A DNA stretch of 64,000 nucleotides, taken from positions 3,742-67,741 of the forward strand of contig JAWSVM010000002.1 of NCBI GenBank assembly GCA_033851915.1. Direction: 5' to 3'. The notes under the pieces are model-generated. The model was not told where the DNA came from and searched no databases. It saw only the letters and a list, made by a program, of their open reading frames with translations. Each line of letters opens with the position of its first letter. The stretch's first letter is position 1. Both the position numbers and the translations under genes were made by a program. The DNA is from Alphaproteobacteria bacterium. Lineage in GTDB: Bacteria > Pseudomonadota > Alphaproteobacteria > Micavibrionales > Micavibrionaceae. Positions 46,584-57,497 of the stretch are shown piece by piece.

Positions 46584-47615
46584 TTACTCTTTGAAACGCG
46601 CAAACGATAAGGCAGACAGCATCTCCGGTAATACGCAGTAGCCGCCCCCGACAATCAAATTGGATAATATTTTAGCCGATACAAGACTGCTCAGTATCCC
46701 ATATGACCCGTGCCCTGTGGATATATAGACATCATCAGATAATTGGCCAATCACCGGAAAATGGTCTCGCGATGTTGTACGCATAGAAGCTCGATGATCC
46801 CTTATATTGTAGTTGCCCTCAAGATGAGGGAATACAGAAAACAGCTTCTCCAAATTGGCCGAATCGTCTTCATCACGCAAATCACTATGCTCTGCCCATG
46901 GCTGAAACGTCGAACCAAGGCAATGCACACCATCACGCGCAGGCGCAAAATGCCCGCCATAGCTTAAAGCGACTTTCAAACCTCTTGTGGCCTCGGTTTG
47001 CGCAACATAACTCACCTGCCCCCGCACCGTCTTCAAAGGGATACGTGCAGCCTCCTCAAAGCCCAGACATGCTACACCGCATGCAAGGACACTCACATCA
47101 CCCTCAAGCGCATCAAGATCATCCACAGCGTGATTTAAATGCACTTCAACACCGCGCGCATATTCATGGCAGATCTTCTTCGGCGAGATATTCCCTGATC
47201 GCGGCAAATATAAGCATTCATTAGGAACATCCACCCCCGCGATCTCCGTTGCCTCCTGCGCACTAACAAGGCGCATATCATCCTCAGACCAATCCCAACT
47301 GGCCATGGTTTTACGAAAACGCTTAATCCTGCGCTCATTGGTCATCAGGGTTAACGCGCCGCACGGATTCCAATCAATAGCATCACCAAAATGCTCAAAA
47401 ACCTCCAACGCCTGAAAAAACCCATCCGAGTAAAACCGCGCCATACCATCAAATTGCGCCGAGAGCCGTGGGTTATAAAGCCCGACATCATTCCCCGATG
47501 CCCCCGCTGCAAGGCACGATGATGCCTCGTATATAACAGGCTCCGCCCCATTATTCTTCAACACATAGGCCAGCGCACACCCAGCCAACCCGCCGCCGAT
47601 TATATTTACGCGCAT
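46584..47615 (-). CDS. mnmC: FAD-dependent oxidoreductase equivalent to the MnmC C-terminal domain
   Basis: MRVNIIGGGLAGCALAY dinucleotide-binding motif. It directly follows the MnmC methyltransferase-domain ORF with a 10-nt overlap. Confidence 0.78.
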   Translation of the reverse strand: MRVNIIGGGLAGCALAYVLKNNGAEPVIYEASSCLAAGASGNDVGLYNPRLSAQFDGMARFYSDGFFQALEVFEHFGDAIDWNPCGALTLMTNERRIKRFRKTMASWDWSEDDMRLVSAQEATEIAGVDVPNECLYLPRSGNISPKKICHEYARGVEVHLNHAVDDLDALEGDVSVLACGVACLGFEEAARIPLKTVRGQVSYVAQTEATRGLKVALSYGGHFAPARDGVHCLGSTFQPWAEHSDLRDEDDSANLEKLFSVFPHLEGNYNIRDHRASMRTTSRDHFPVIGQLSDDVYISTGHGSYGILSSLVSAKILSNLIVGGGYCVLPEMLSALSFARFKE

Positions 47616-48292
47616 TGCTTTCCTCCATCATACGTTCCGACCAACATATGCCATTTATACCCAAAGCCGGATATTTTCTGCACATCAAACCCCACAGATT
47701 CCAGCCCACGCCGAACATACCCAACAGCCGTAAACGTTGAAAATGTAGTTGCTACAGCACTTAAACGTGCCATATTCTTAAACACAATTTCACTCCACAT
47801 ATCGGGGTTGCTGCGCGGTTTAAATCCATCCAAAAACCAACAATCAACCGCCGCATTCAATTTCGGCAGCGCATCATTCACATCTCCAATGATAAGTGTC
47901 AATGTAACACCCTCCATAATCGGCAAATCATAAACACCCTCTTCCGAATCATCAGGGTATTTGGATAATAATGCGTCCAATACCGAATCAAGTGCCCCCC
48001 AATGCGAGAGTGCAGCCCTGATAACATCCTTCGTAAGCGGATATTTCTCGAAAGATATGTAATGCAGCGCCTTCGGACGCTCCCCAACAGGACTCATCGC
48101 CAGTAACTGTAAAACAGCCAGAAAATTCAATCCTGTGCCAAAGCCTAGCTCGCAAATAGTGAAGCAAGCCCTGCCTTTCCACGAATCGGGCAACTTATTG
48201 CCCTCTAAATAAACATAGCGCGACTCAGCCAATCCATCGACTGGGGAGAAATATACATCATCAAATATTTCAGACCTTGGCACGTGGTTCAT
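47606..48292 (-). CDS. mnmD: tRNA (mnm5s2U34) methyltransferase domain protein (MnmC N-terminal/MnmD-like)
   Basis: FDDVYFSPVDGLAESRYVYLEGN and ELGFGTGLNFL motifs. Confidence 0.8.
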   Translation of the reverse strand: MNHVPRSEIFDDVYFSPVDGLAESRYVYLEGNKLPDSWKGRACFTICELGFGTGLNFLAVLQLLAMSPVGERPKALHYISFEKYPLTKDVIRAALSHWGALDSVLDALLSKYPDDSEEGVYDLPIMEGVTLTLIIGDVNDALPKLNAAVDCWFLDGFKPRSNPDMWSEIVFKNMARLSAVATTFSTFTAVGYVRRGLESVGFDVQKISGFGYKWHMLVGTYDGGKQCA

Positions 48293-48358
48293 TTTGTTCC
48301 ATAATTTGTTCTGTAATCTAATTATCAGTAAATCTATGACCGACAGGAAAATTCTTAC

Positions 48359-50398
48359 ATGTCTGACAATCCACTTCTACAAAAATCCACCCTCCCTAAT
48401 CAAGCCCCTCATTTTGATTTGGTGAAAACAGAACATTACTTGCCAGCCATAGAAGAAGGCATCGAACAAGCCCGCGCCAATATTGACGCCATCAAAAATA
48501 ATGATGATGCCCCGACATTTGAAAATACATTAGTCGCGCTGGAAAGCGCCTCCGAGAATTTAGGACAAGCCGCCGGCGTGTTCTACAATATGCTGTCCTC
48601 TATGGGCGGCGATGATTTGCACGAGCTTGCCACACAGATAGGCCCCATCAACGCAAAATTCTCCAGCGATGTTTCTCTGGATGAACAACTCTTCGCCCGT
48701 ATCAAGGAGATTTATGAGCAACGTGACGACCTCGACCTAACAGCAGAACAGTATACTTTGCTGGATGATAGTTATCGTGGTTTTGTACGCTCCGGGGCGC
48801 TTTTGGATGATAAAAAGAAAGAACGTCTGCGCGAGATCAGCCAAGAGCTGTCTACCCTGACCCCTGCTTTCATGCAAAACACAGTAAAATCCGCCGAAGC
48901 GTTTGAGCTGATTATCGAAGATAAAGCCGACCTTGCAGGCCTACCCGACAGCGCTATAGACGCCGCCGCCCACGCCGCCAAAGAAAAGAGCTACGATGGT
49001 AAATGGCTGGTCACGCTGGATTACCCAAGTTTCGGCCCTTTCATGCAATATGCCGATAACCGCGAATTACGTGAAAAAATATGGCGCGCTTTTACCTCCC
49101 GCGCATGGAATGATGAATTTGATAACTCCGATAACGTAAAATCAATCGTCTCCCTACGCAAAGAACGCGCGAACCTTCTGGGCTATAACACGCATGCACA
49201 TTATGTTCTGGAAGAACGTATGGCAAAATCCCCTGCCACAGTGATGGACTTCCTTAATAGGCTTAAAGCCGTCTATAAACCCGCAGCGGAAAAAGACTTG
49301 GAACAACTAACGACCTTCTCTAAAGAAGAACACGGCGTGGATGATCTACAGCCGTGGGATGTTGGCTATTACTCTGAAAAACTAAAACAAAAGCTGTTTG
49401 AATTTACTTCCGAGGATTTCCGCCCCTACTATCAGCTCGATAAAGTCTTGGGCGGCTGCTTCAACCATTTCACAAAGCTTTTCGGCATTAAATTCGTGGA
49501 AAGCGATAAATACCCGACATGGCACGAAGATGTAAAAACCTTCGACGTTTTCAACGAAAGCGATAACAGCTTCGTCGGCACGCTCTACGGTGATTTTCAC
49601 CCGCGCACAGGTAAAAACCAAGGCGCATGGATGACCAGCTTTCGCGATCAAGGGTTCTTCCGTGGCCAAATAGAGCGCCCCGTGATTGCCATCGTCTGTA
49701 ACTTCACCAAGCCTACAGAAGACCGCCCGTCCCTGCTCACCCATGGCGAGGTTACAACCCTGTTCCATGAAATGGGACACGCGGTGCATGGCCTGTTATC
49801 CGATGTGACATACCGATCCCTTTCAGGCACGTCCGTGCTGTGGGATTTTGTAGAGCTACCTTCGCAGCTACAAGAAAACTGGTGTTACGAGAAAAAAACG
49901 CTCGACAGTTTTGCCACGCATTATGAAACCGGTGAGAAGATCCCCGCGGAGCTGGTTGATAAACTCCGCAGTTCCATGCATTTCATGGTTGGCTGGGCGG
50001 GTTTACGTCAAATGGGGCTGGCAACACTGGACATGACATGGCACACCGCTGACCCTAGCACTATTGATGATGTCGCTACCTTCGAAGATGATGCACTGAA
50101 AGACACGGCACTCTTCCCGCGTTTATCGGGGCCGACCTCCACTTCCTTCGGGCATATATTTGCAGGCGGCTACAGCGCAGGCTATTATAGTTACAAATGG
50201 GCAGAGGTTCTGGACGCCGATACGTTTGAGCTGTTCCTTGAGAAAGGCCTGTATGATCAAGCCACCGCGCAAAGCTATAAGGATAATATCCTCACCCGCG
50301 GCGGCAGTGAAAGACCTGACTTGCTCTATAAACGTTTTCGCGGTCGCGACGCCGATCCTGATGCTCTATTGCGCCGTGAAGGATTATTAAAGAAATAA
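48359..50398 (+). CDS. dcp: M3-family metallopeptidase (peptidyl-dipeptidase Dcp/oligopeptidase A type)
   Basis: TLFHEMGHAVHGL zinc motif, with size and overall pattern typical of M3A. Confidence 0.9.
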   Translation: MSDNPLLQKSTLPNQAPHFDLVKTEHYLPAIEEGIEQARANIDAIKNNDDAPTFENTLVALESASENLGQAAGVFYNMLSSMGGDDLHELATQIGPINAKFSSDVSLDEQLFARIKEIYEQRDDLDLTAEQYTLLDDSYRGFVRSGALLDDKKKERLREISQELSTLTPAFMQNTVKSAEAFELIIEDKADLAGLPDSAIDAAAHAAKEKSYDGKWLVTLDYPSFGPFMQYADNRELREKIWRAFTSRAWNDEFDNSDNVKSIVSLRKERANLLGYNTHAHYVLEERMAKSPATVMDFLNRLKAVYKPAAEKDLEQLTTFSKEEHGVDDLQPWDVGYYSEKLKQKLFEFTSEDFRPYYQLDKVLGGCFNHFTKLFGIKFVESDKYPTWHEDVKTFDVFNESDNSFVGTLYGDFHPRTGKNQGAWMTSFRDQGFFRGQIERPVIAIVCNFTKPTEDRPSLLTHGEVTTLFHEMGHAVHGLLSDVTYRSLSGTSVLWDFVELPSQLQENWCYEKKTLDSFATHYETGEKIPAELVDKLRSSMHFMVGWAGLRQMGLATLDMTWHTADPSTIDDVATFEDDALKDTALFPRLSGPTSTSFGHIFAGGYSAGYYSYKWAEVLDADTFELFLEKGLYDQATAQSYKDNILTRGGSERPDLLYKRFRGRDADPDALLRREGLLKK

Positions 50399-50403
50399 AA
50401 GAG

Positions 50404-51000
50404 ATGACTGAGAAGCAACATATAATACCGCTGAAAGATATAGAGACTCCTCCACCTGCGGGGAGGAGGAAGCTGAATGATTTAACCCTCTTTATCCTGA
50501 TCCTTCTTGGTTTAGGGGCTTTCTTTATGAGTCCTATCCCCTCTTATTTTAGGTCACTTATTCCGGAAAGCTTTATGAAATCAGTGTTTTTCGACGCCTA
50601 CCAGAGTGTCATACTAGATGAAAACCCGAAGCAGCTGAAAGCACCAAAAAAATACGTCCAAACCGCGCCTCTCCCCGTTCTGGGGCATGGAACAGGTATT
50701 TGCTTTTCATTTACATCAACAATTGCCGAAGAGAATAAAAATATCATTGATAAAAAACGCCTTGAAGGTGCAAAACACGGCGAAATCATCGCAGAGATCA
50801 TTGCTATATCAGCGGATAAAACAGAATATGTTTTGAATAATGTTACCTTGAACGAGACAAAGGGTAAATCCGTCATTTGCCAGAAATTCAGCGTCCGCAG
50901 CAGCCTCTTCCCTGATGGCATCAAGGCTGTTTATATCCGGCCTCTTCGCCCCTTTACGCCCTCCACTATCATCTGGGCAACGGCAAAAGACATCTATTAG
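50404..51000 (+). CDS. membrane-anchored hypothetical protein
   Basis: 198-aa ORF with one N-terminal TM, 5 nt after dcp. Confidence 0.45.
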   Translation: MTEKQHIIPLKDIETPPPAGRRKLNDLTLFILILLGLGAFFMSPIPSYFRSLIPESFMKSVFFDAYQSVILDENPKQLKAPKKYVQTAPLPVLGHGTGICFSFTSTIAEENKNIIDKKRLEGAKHGEIIAEIIAISADKTEYVLNNVTLNETKGKSVICQKFSVRSSLFPDGIKAVYIRPLRPFTPSTIIWATAKDIY

Positions 51001-51044
51001 AGCGCTACATTTTAGGACGTTAATAACATCGATACAGCCTGAAA

Positions 51045-52928
51045 TTAATCCGGTTTATCCTCGCCACCACCACTTGGTACAGAGGAACGCGGTGTGCTCG
51101 TTGACGCATCGTCAACGTCTTCATGGCGGATAATAGACTCTCCACGTAACAGCCCCTTAATCTCGTCACCCGATAGTAACTCATACTCTAACAAAGCCTT
51201 AGCCAATGTTTCAAAATCATCTTCATTATCCGTCAAACATTTCATGGCACGCTTATACGCATCATCAATAAGTTTTTTAACTTCCTTATCAATTTCTGCT
51301 TCTTTTTCAGAGGAAATACGACGCTGCTGAAAACTATTCACATCATCACTATAATCCACCATTCCAATCTTATCACTCAACCCCCATTGCATAACCATTG
51401 CACGCGCCATGGAGCTTGCATATTGAATATCACTGGATGCACCACTGGTAACCTGATCTTTACCAAACTTAATTTCTTCGGCTGCGCGTCCGCCCATAGT
51501 CATCGCCAATACGGCCTTCATTTTTGCAATAGACTGGCTATAGCGATCCCCTTCAGGCAAGCTCATAACCATACCAAGCGCACGTCCGCGCGGCACAATT
51601 GTGGCCTTATGAATTGGATCACATTCAGGCTCGTTCAAAGATACAAGCGCATGGCCTGCCTCATGATAGGCTGTGAGTTTTTTCTCGTCATCACTCATCG
51701 CCATAGAGCGACGCTCCGCCCCCATCATGACTTTATCTTTGGCATCTTCAAAGTCATCCATACCAACCACGCGTTTATTCCGACGCGCCGCCAACAAGGC
51801 CGCTTCATTTATTAAGTTAGCCAATTCAGCACCGGAAAACCCAGGTGTTCCGCGCGCAAGAATAGACGGATCAACATTATTGGCCAAAGGCACATTTTTC
51901 ATATGAACCAACAATATTTTTTCACGCCCAATCACATCAGGCAAAGGCACGGTAATTTGACGGTCAAAACGCCCGGGGCGCAACAACGCAGGATCAAGAA
52001 CATCAGGGCGATTTGTCGCCGCCAAAATGATAACACCCTGATTTTCATCAAAGCCATCCATTTCGACCAACATCTGATTCAGCGTTTGCTCACGCTCATC
52101 ATTACCACCGCCATGACCCGCGCCACGATGGCGACCAACAGCGTCAATTTCGTCAATAAAGATGATACAAGGGGCATTTTTCTTGCCCTGTTCAAACATA
52201 TCACGCACACGGCTGGCACCAACACCAACAAACATTTCAACAAAATCCGACCCTGAAATCGTAAAGAACGGCACTTCTGCCTCCCCAGCAACGGCGCGGG
52301 CAATCAGTGTTTTACCTGTACCGGGTGCACCAACCAGCAACGCCCCGCGTGGGATTTTACCACCCAAGCGTTGGAATTTTTGTGGGTCTTTAAGGAAATC
52401 AACAATCTCTTCCAACTCTTGCTTGGCTTCATCAATACCAGCAACATCGTCAAATGTAATTTTGCCCTTCCCCTCTGTCATCAACTTTGCACGTGAACGG
52501 CCAAAGCCCATCGCACCGCCACCACCTTTACCGCCCATTTGACGCATAATAAAGAACCAGAATCCGATCAAGATCAGGATCGGCGCAAAATTCATCAGGA
52601 CATATCCCAAACTAATTTTTGGTGGATCAGGCTCAGCGGCCTTAATTTTCACTTGCGTCCCCGCAAGGCGATCAACAATATTCTCCTCCGGCGGCACTTT
52701 GGATATAAAGAATCCTTCATCACCGGTATATTTCCCCTCAAGATTATCGCCTTTGATAACAATTTCCACGATGCCGCCCGCTTGCGCACGCTCCATAAAT
52801 TCGCTGTAACTAATTTCCGCGTCATCCTTCAACGCTTGTTGCTGTTTATCATTGGCAACACTCAACAACACCAAAATGACAAGGCCTATGCCCAACCAAA
52901 ACACCAAATTACGATTAATATTATTCAC
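51045..52928 (-). CDS. ftsH: ATP-dependent zinc metalloprotease FtsH
   Basis: Walker A GAPGTGKT, the SRH region and the HEAGHA zinc site. Confidence 0.97.
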   Translation of the reverse strand: MNNINRNLVFWLGIGLVILVLLSVANDKQQQALKDDAEISYSEFMERAQAGGIVEIVIKGDNLEGKYTGDEGFFISKVPPEENIVDRLAGTQVKIKAAEPDPPKISLGYVLMNFAPILILIGFWFFIMRQMGGKGGGGAMGFGRSRAKLMTEGKGKITFDDVAGIDEAKQELEEIVDFLKDPQKFQRLGGKIPRGALLVGAPGTGKTLIARAVAGEAEVPFFTISGSDFVEMFVGVGASRVRDMFEQGKKNAPCIIFIDEIDAVGRHRGAGHGGGNDEREQTLNQMLVEMDGFDENQGVIILAATNRPDVLDPALLRPGRFDRQITVPLPDVIGREKILLVHMKNVPLANNVDPSILARGTPGFSGAELANLINEAALLAARRNKRVVGMDDFEDAKDKVMMGAERRSMAMSDDEKKLTAYHEAGHALVSLNEPECDPIHKATIVPRGRALGMVMSLPEGDRYSQSIAKMKAVLAMTMGGRAAEEIKFGKDQVTSGASSDIQYASSMARAMVMQWGLSDKIGMVDYSDDVNSFQQRRISSEKEAEIDKEVKKLIDDAYKRAMKCLTDNEDDFETLAKALLEYELLSGDEIKGLLRGESIIRHEDVDDASTSTPRSSVPSGGGEDKPD

Positions 52929-52996
52929 GTTTTTCTGCCTTACAAAATTATGGTGTTGCCATCACCGACAACACAAAGGAAATACTTTATACAGCG

Positions 52997-53014
52997 AGGT
53001 ATTTAACAATACCT
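52997..53014. repeat. hairpin AGGTATT-TAAC-AATACCT in the tilS-ftsH spacer, flanked by CAGCG...CGCTG
   Basis: Read directly. It may be related to the GCGTAT hairpin family. Confidence 0.5.
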
Positions 53015-53083
53015 TACCACGCTGAAAATTTAGCCTATTTATACTGAGAAACAAAGCTATTTGATGAAAATTAAGCTGTAAAT

Positions 53084-54127
53084 TCAGGGGAGATTTTCCA
53101 AAGATAAAATCAACTGATCATCTTTGTTTCTACATTCAAAAATGATGCCCCCTAACGTTCGTTTTCGAAAGCTATCCGGTTTCATCAAATCAGCACATAA
53201 ATTCTCCACGCGTTCCAATCGTGTACCGTATCCGGTGTCATTTTGCAGGTTCGACATCGCCTTTAATATGACCCGTAAAACAATCTCTTCGGGATAGGAA
53301 ACTAAGCCTGATAATTTAAATACGACTCGACCTGATTTGTTTTCTAAAAGACATCCCTCAAAAGAATTATTTGCCATCAAATCCAATGCCTTACGGGCAC
53401 GTGAAAAACGCTTTGCCGCCACCGATAAACGCTTGGAGGTCAGCCCCTCTTCTGCAAGGATATCACGTGATTTTCGCAGACGTACGCGTGCATAATCTTC
53501 ACAATCATTGGATGGATCATTGATAAAACCAATCCCGCGCCCTTCACAAAACAAAATTATATCCACCTTATTCAACCCCAACAGAGGACGACATAAAATA
53601 AAGTCATTTTCCATCCTTTGAACAACAGACATGCACGATAAACCATCAAGCCCACTGCCCTTCGCTAACCTGAATAGAAGGGTTTCAGCCTGATCATCCA
53701 TGTGATGGCCTAAGAATAACATCGTAATATTGTGCGCCCGCATATAATTTTTCATCAAATCATAACGCGCAACGCGTGCTTTCTCCTGAATACGGGCGTC
53801 AGGCTTGGTTTCATGCGCCCATGTGAGAATTTGATGCTCTACATTAGACAAAGGCTTCAGCATCTCCGCCACGTGCTGCGCCTCGCCTAAACTCTCCGTG
53901 CGCAGGGCATGATCCACGCTTAACGCATGTATTGTAACTGCTGCGCTATCTTTAAAATATTCAGACAGAGCAAAACACAAAGCCATACTATCCGCCCCAC
54001 CGGATACACCAACAGCAATATCACCCTCCCCCATGTCGGAAAAATGCATCGCCATAGCATCAGAAACCCCATCCATAAATGAAGGCTGCTTTTTAGTATT
54101 ATGCTGATTGCTTTTTTTATCTGTCAT
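53084..54127 (-). CDS. tilS: tRNA(Ile)-lysidine synthetase
   Basis: PP-loop VSGGADSMAL, and conserved position upstream of ftsH. Confidence 0.9.
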   Translation of the reverse strand: MTDKKSNQHNTKKQPSFMDGVSDAMAMHFSDMGEGDIAVGVSGGADSMALCFALSEYFKDSAAVTIHALSVDHALRTESLGEAQHVAEMLKPLSNVEHQILTWAHETKPDARIQEKARVARYDLMKNYMRAHNITMLFLGHHMDDQAETLLFRLAKGSGLDGLSCMSVVQRMENDFILCRPLLGLNKVDIILFCEGRGIGFINDPSNDCEDYARVRLRKSRDILAEEGLTSKRLSVAAKRFSRARKALDLMANNSFEGCLLENKSGRVVFKLSGLVSYPEEIVLRVILKAMSNLQNDTGYGTRLERVENLCADLMKPDSFRKRTLGGIIFECRNKDDQLILSLENLP

Positions 54128-54267
54128 AATTGTAAATACCACTATCACCTAAGTATGTAATATGCAAACTACACTGAGGCTAATACGGCGAGGAAAATAA
54201 GGCCTTATACATGGCTCACCTACAGTAATTATATTATAGGGTAATGTGACAAGGCAAATAAGGCGCA

Positions 54268-54284
54268 GCGTATTTTCAATACGT
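54268..54284. repeat. GCGTAT-TTTCA-ATACGT hairpin in the ybgF-tilS spacer
   Basis: Read directly. Confidence 0.65.
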
Positions 54285-54326
54285 AAGCCGCAATTTAACG
54301 CAGCTCACAGCGCCATATAATATAAT

Positions 54327-55196
54327 TTAGCGGCAGTTAATGCGTTTCATCTCGGTACTCGCGCGTTTCAACACAGACACGGACGATTGTGCATAATCCT
54401 TCTTCAACTGCTTATAGGCGATACACGCATCAGCGGTTTTACCCATCCCTGTTAACGCCATCCCAAGTTTCAGCAAGTTACTGGCGGCTTTCGGGCCTTT
54501 TGGAAATTGCTGATACCCTTCGGCAAATATCCGTGCGGATTTTTCATACCCACCACGCACATAAAAAGTCTCGCCATACCAATATTTAGCATTAGAAACC
54601 AAAGGGTGATTTGGATGGTCGGTCATAAACTTTGCAAACTCCATCTCGGCGCGATCAAAGTTCCGTGCCTTTATGAATGAATAAGCATAGTCATAAGCAC
54701 CCGGCGCAGAATCAGACGATGCAGAGACCGCCCCTGTGCTTTGTGACTTATTAATCGTTCCCAAAGCCTGCGGTGCACCACCGGGAGGCTGATATTGAAA
54801 CGATGAATTTGGTTTTTTAGTCGCTTGCGGCGTTGCCTGCGGTTTAGAATATGTGCTGGCAGAAGATTGCGCCATATAAGGCGTGCCTGAAGAAGATACG
54901 GAGATGTTCCCGCCGCCACTTTGCCCTGCATCTCTTAAACGCATTTCAAGATCACCAACTCTTTTGGCCAGATCTTCGCGCAAACGGCGAATTTCATAGT
55001 TTTGCTCTTCAACTTGCCCTGTCAAACGGCGGATTTCCTTTTCCATTTGTTGGAAACGAATCTCAGCCGCAGCAGCAGCAGGCGAATCATATGACTGAGC
55101 CTGCAAAGATGCAGGCCCCGCCACAACACTCATAACCGCGATAAGTCCAAAAGCAGAAGCAGCGCGCAGTGTGTGTTTGAAAGTATAGACAGTCAT
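54327..55196 (-). CDS. ybgF: Tol-Pal system protein YbgF/CpoB
   Basis: Signal peptide, coiled-coil region, low-complexity linker and C-terminal TPR (NAKYWYGETFYVRG). Confidence 0.85.
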   Translation of the reverse strand: MTVYTFKHTLRAASAFGLIAVMSVVAGPASLQAQSYDSPAAAAAEIRFQQMEKEIRRLTGQVEEQNYEIRRLREDLAKRVGDLEMRLRDAGQSGGGNISVSSSGTPYMAQSSASTYSKPQATPQATKKPNSSFQYQPPGGAPQALGTINKSQSTGAVSASSDSAPGAYDYAYSFIKARNFDRAEMEFAKFMTDHPNHPLVSNAKYWYGETFYVRGGYEKSARIFAEGYQQFPKGPKAASNLLKLGMALTGMGKTADACIAYKQLKKDYAQSSVSVLKRASTEMKRINCR

Positions 55197-55199
55197 ATT

Positions 55200-55703
55200 C
55201 TATTGAACCTTTGTTACGCCTCGACGGTTTTGTGACCAAGCCATATCATTTGCACCCGGTACAGCCGGACGTTCTTTACCGTAACTGATTGTCGCAACAC
55301 GTGAAGGACTAACCCCAAGTGCAACAAGATAGTTTTTCACAGAATTCGCACGACGCTCACCCAATGCAAGGTTATATTCGCGTGTTCCGCGCTCATCCGC
55401 GTGGCCTTCAATGCTGACGATCAAACTGGAATACTGACCAAGCCAAACAGCTTGATTTTCCAATGTTGTACGCGCCGCAGCCGTTAAGTCAGAGCTGCCT
55501 GTTTCAAAAAAGATACGATCACCAACGTTAACAACTAAGTCCGCTTGTGTTCCCGGTGCAGGGCCGGAATCAGCATATATATCGCTTTCATCAACGATAA
55601 TACCATCATTCATACCGGTTTCAATACCGCCTTTATCTGCGTTGCCTGTACACGCACTAACCATCAACAGGGCTGAAAAAATCATAAAATACCGAGCGAA
55701 CAT
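55200..55703 (-). CDS. pal: peptidoglycan-associated lipoprotein
   Basis: Lipobox MVSAC and an OmpA-like domain (GHADERGTREYNLALGERRA). ATG 55703 has an AAGGAGA RBS. Confidence 0.93.
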   Translation of the reverse strand: MFARYFMIFSALLMVSACTGNADKGGIETGMNDGIIVDESDIYADSGPAPGTQADLVVNVGDRIFFETGSSDLTAAARTTLENQAVWLGQYSSLIVSIEGHADERGTREYNLALGERRANSVKNYLVALGVSPSRVATISYGKERPAVPGANDMAWSQNRRGVTKVQ

Positions 55704-55850
55704 AAACGTCTCTCCTTCGTAAAACTCAAAAACAAAATACAAATCCGCCTAAGGATTCGTAAAACAATATCTAACACTCTTAAGCTCTTATTGTCATGCT
55801 TGCAAGGGATTCGATATAAGAGTGCGGAAATTCCCGTGAAGAAAAGCATT

Positions 55851-56699
55851 TTACAAATCACTTAACAATTCGTCCAACAACAGCCTTGCCTCTTGGCGGT
55901 CATAATGATTGGGCGCGCGCTCAATATATTCGTTTAAACATTCAATAGCCTCAGATGTGTTCCCCAAACGCGCATAAAGCACACCGGCATCCAGCAACAA
56001 CCGATATTCATCAGGTGAAATCATCCGCATTCGTAAAATCATCTCCAATGCGCTGGCATAGTCGCCCATCGCAATGCGGCGATGCTTTAAGTGATTACAA
56101 AGATAAATAACGCTTTCCCGCGCACCCAGCCCGTCAAAATAATCTGTGGACAGTTCCGCACCATCCCCCAGCGCATCTTTTACAATGCCCCTTAAATCAT
56201 GCGCTTCCAGTATTTTGCATTGCTGCGAGGGATCGAAAATAATCCGCACGCCTTCATGCTCCAAGCGACACAAAAACAAATTCGGGAAGTTCACACCTTC
56301 AACCAACCACCCTGCTTTACGCGCCGCGTCCATATATAAGAGGCACAAAGCATTCGGACAGCCCCTTGCGCGATCAACAACCCGCATCATATCCGCACTT
56401 TCCAGCATTTCGTAATGCGTATCATCAACGCGATAATCATAAATATCGGATAACGCATATTTAAGCGCAGCCAAGCGCACCCCCGCGTCATCCTCTGCGC
56501 CATCGGATATCAGGGCATCATAACGCCCCGAAACTTCATCACTGATTTTCTGAAAATGCCGGATATAGCGATCGACAGGTATCCCTTCATGATCCGGCGC
56601 AACCATCGCCAAAGCCAAAGCCCCCAGATCAATATCCTTATCCGGCTGGCTGGCATATTGCTTTAAAGCATCTATAGTCGGGGCATCTGTGTTCATCAT
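55851..56699 (-). CDS. SirB1-like transglutaminase-fold plus TPR protein
   Basis: GCPNALCLLYMDAARKAGW, and a C-terminal TPR-like tail. Confidence 0.55.
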   Translation of the reverse strand: MMNTDAPTIDALKQYASQPDKDIDLGALALAMVAPDHEGIPVDRYIRHFQKISDEVSGRYDALISDGAEDDAGVRLAALKYALSDIYDYRVDDTHYEMLESADMMRVVDRARGCPNALCLLYMDAARKAGWLVEGVNFPNLFLCRLEHEGVRIIFDPSQQCKILEAHDLRGIVKDALGDGAELSTDYFDGLGARESVIYLCNHLKHRRIAMGDYASALEMILRMRMISPDEYRLLLDAGVLYARLGNTSEAIECLNEYIERAPNHYDRQEARLLLDELLSDL

Positions 56700-56738
56700 G
56701 TCCTTATATATATGTCAGAATGTCAGATGATAGAAATA

Positions 56739-57440
56739 TCAATCATACACACTGTTTTGATTCCATTGTATCGGCTCACCCGTTGCAGCGGCGTTCGGTG
56801 CGGCAGGCGCCATTTGTGTTGAGGCATCCATTTGGCCATTGGACACAGGCGCAAGCTCCGGCGTACCAACCAGCTTCACATAGCTGACAACTTGCTTCAC
56901 ATTTTCAATGGTGCGCGCCGTTTCAATCACTTGATTAAGCTCCGCTTGATTTTGCGCAAAGCCCATCAGATACACACTGCCCTGCACGGTATCGATAGAA
57001 TAATTAATCGACTCAACTTCACTCGCCATAATCAGAGCAGCACGCAAACGCGTAGAAATCCATGTATCCTTCGCATAACCGACAATTCCTGTGCTTTGAG
57101 CAACTTTAACTTCATTAATCACATGAACAACGCCTCTTGGCTGCCATGCCATACGCACAGCCTCAACACGGTGTGCGGGGTCTTGTACGACACCCGTTAT
57201 CAAAACACGCCCTTGATTAATCGTCAGATCCAATTTTGTAAACATACTTATATTATAGCGGAACCACAGATCATTAATTTCTGTTTGAATGCGCAAATCA
57301 GTGGCTGCGCGTGAAATGCCGCCTTCCTGAACAACGGCTGTCCCGACGCCAACGCCAACACCGGCAGCAATCCCAACAGCAGTACAAGAAGAAAGAAGAA
57401 GGCCGGATGCGGCAAGAGAAAGTATAACATAGTGTTTCAT
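56739..57440 (-). CDS. BON-domain lipoprotein (DolP/YraP/OsmY-like)
   Basis: Lipobox LLSSC and two BON-like segments. It belongs to the conserved lpoA-rsmI-yraN-yraP neighbourhood. Confidence 0.78.
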   Translation of the reverse strand: MKHYVILSLAASGLLLSSCTAVGIAAGVGVGVGTAVVQEGGISRAATDLRIQTEINDLWFRYNISMFTKLDLTINQGRVLITGVVQDPAHRVEAVRMAWQPRGVVHVINEVKVAQSTGIVGYAKDTWISTRLRAALIMASEVESINYSIDTVQGSVYLMGFAQNQAELNQVIETARTIENVKQVVSYVKLVGTPELAPVSNGQMDASTQMAPAAPNAAATGEPIQWNQNSVYD

Positions 57441-57497
57441 AACAAAATCCCGAACTTTGAATATCAATATTCGAATCACCTGAGTCGAATACCTACA

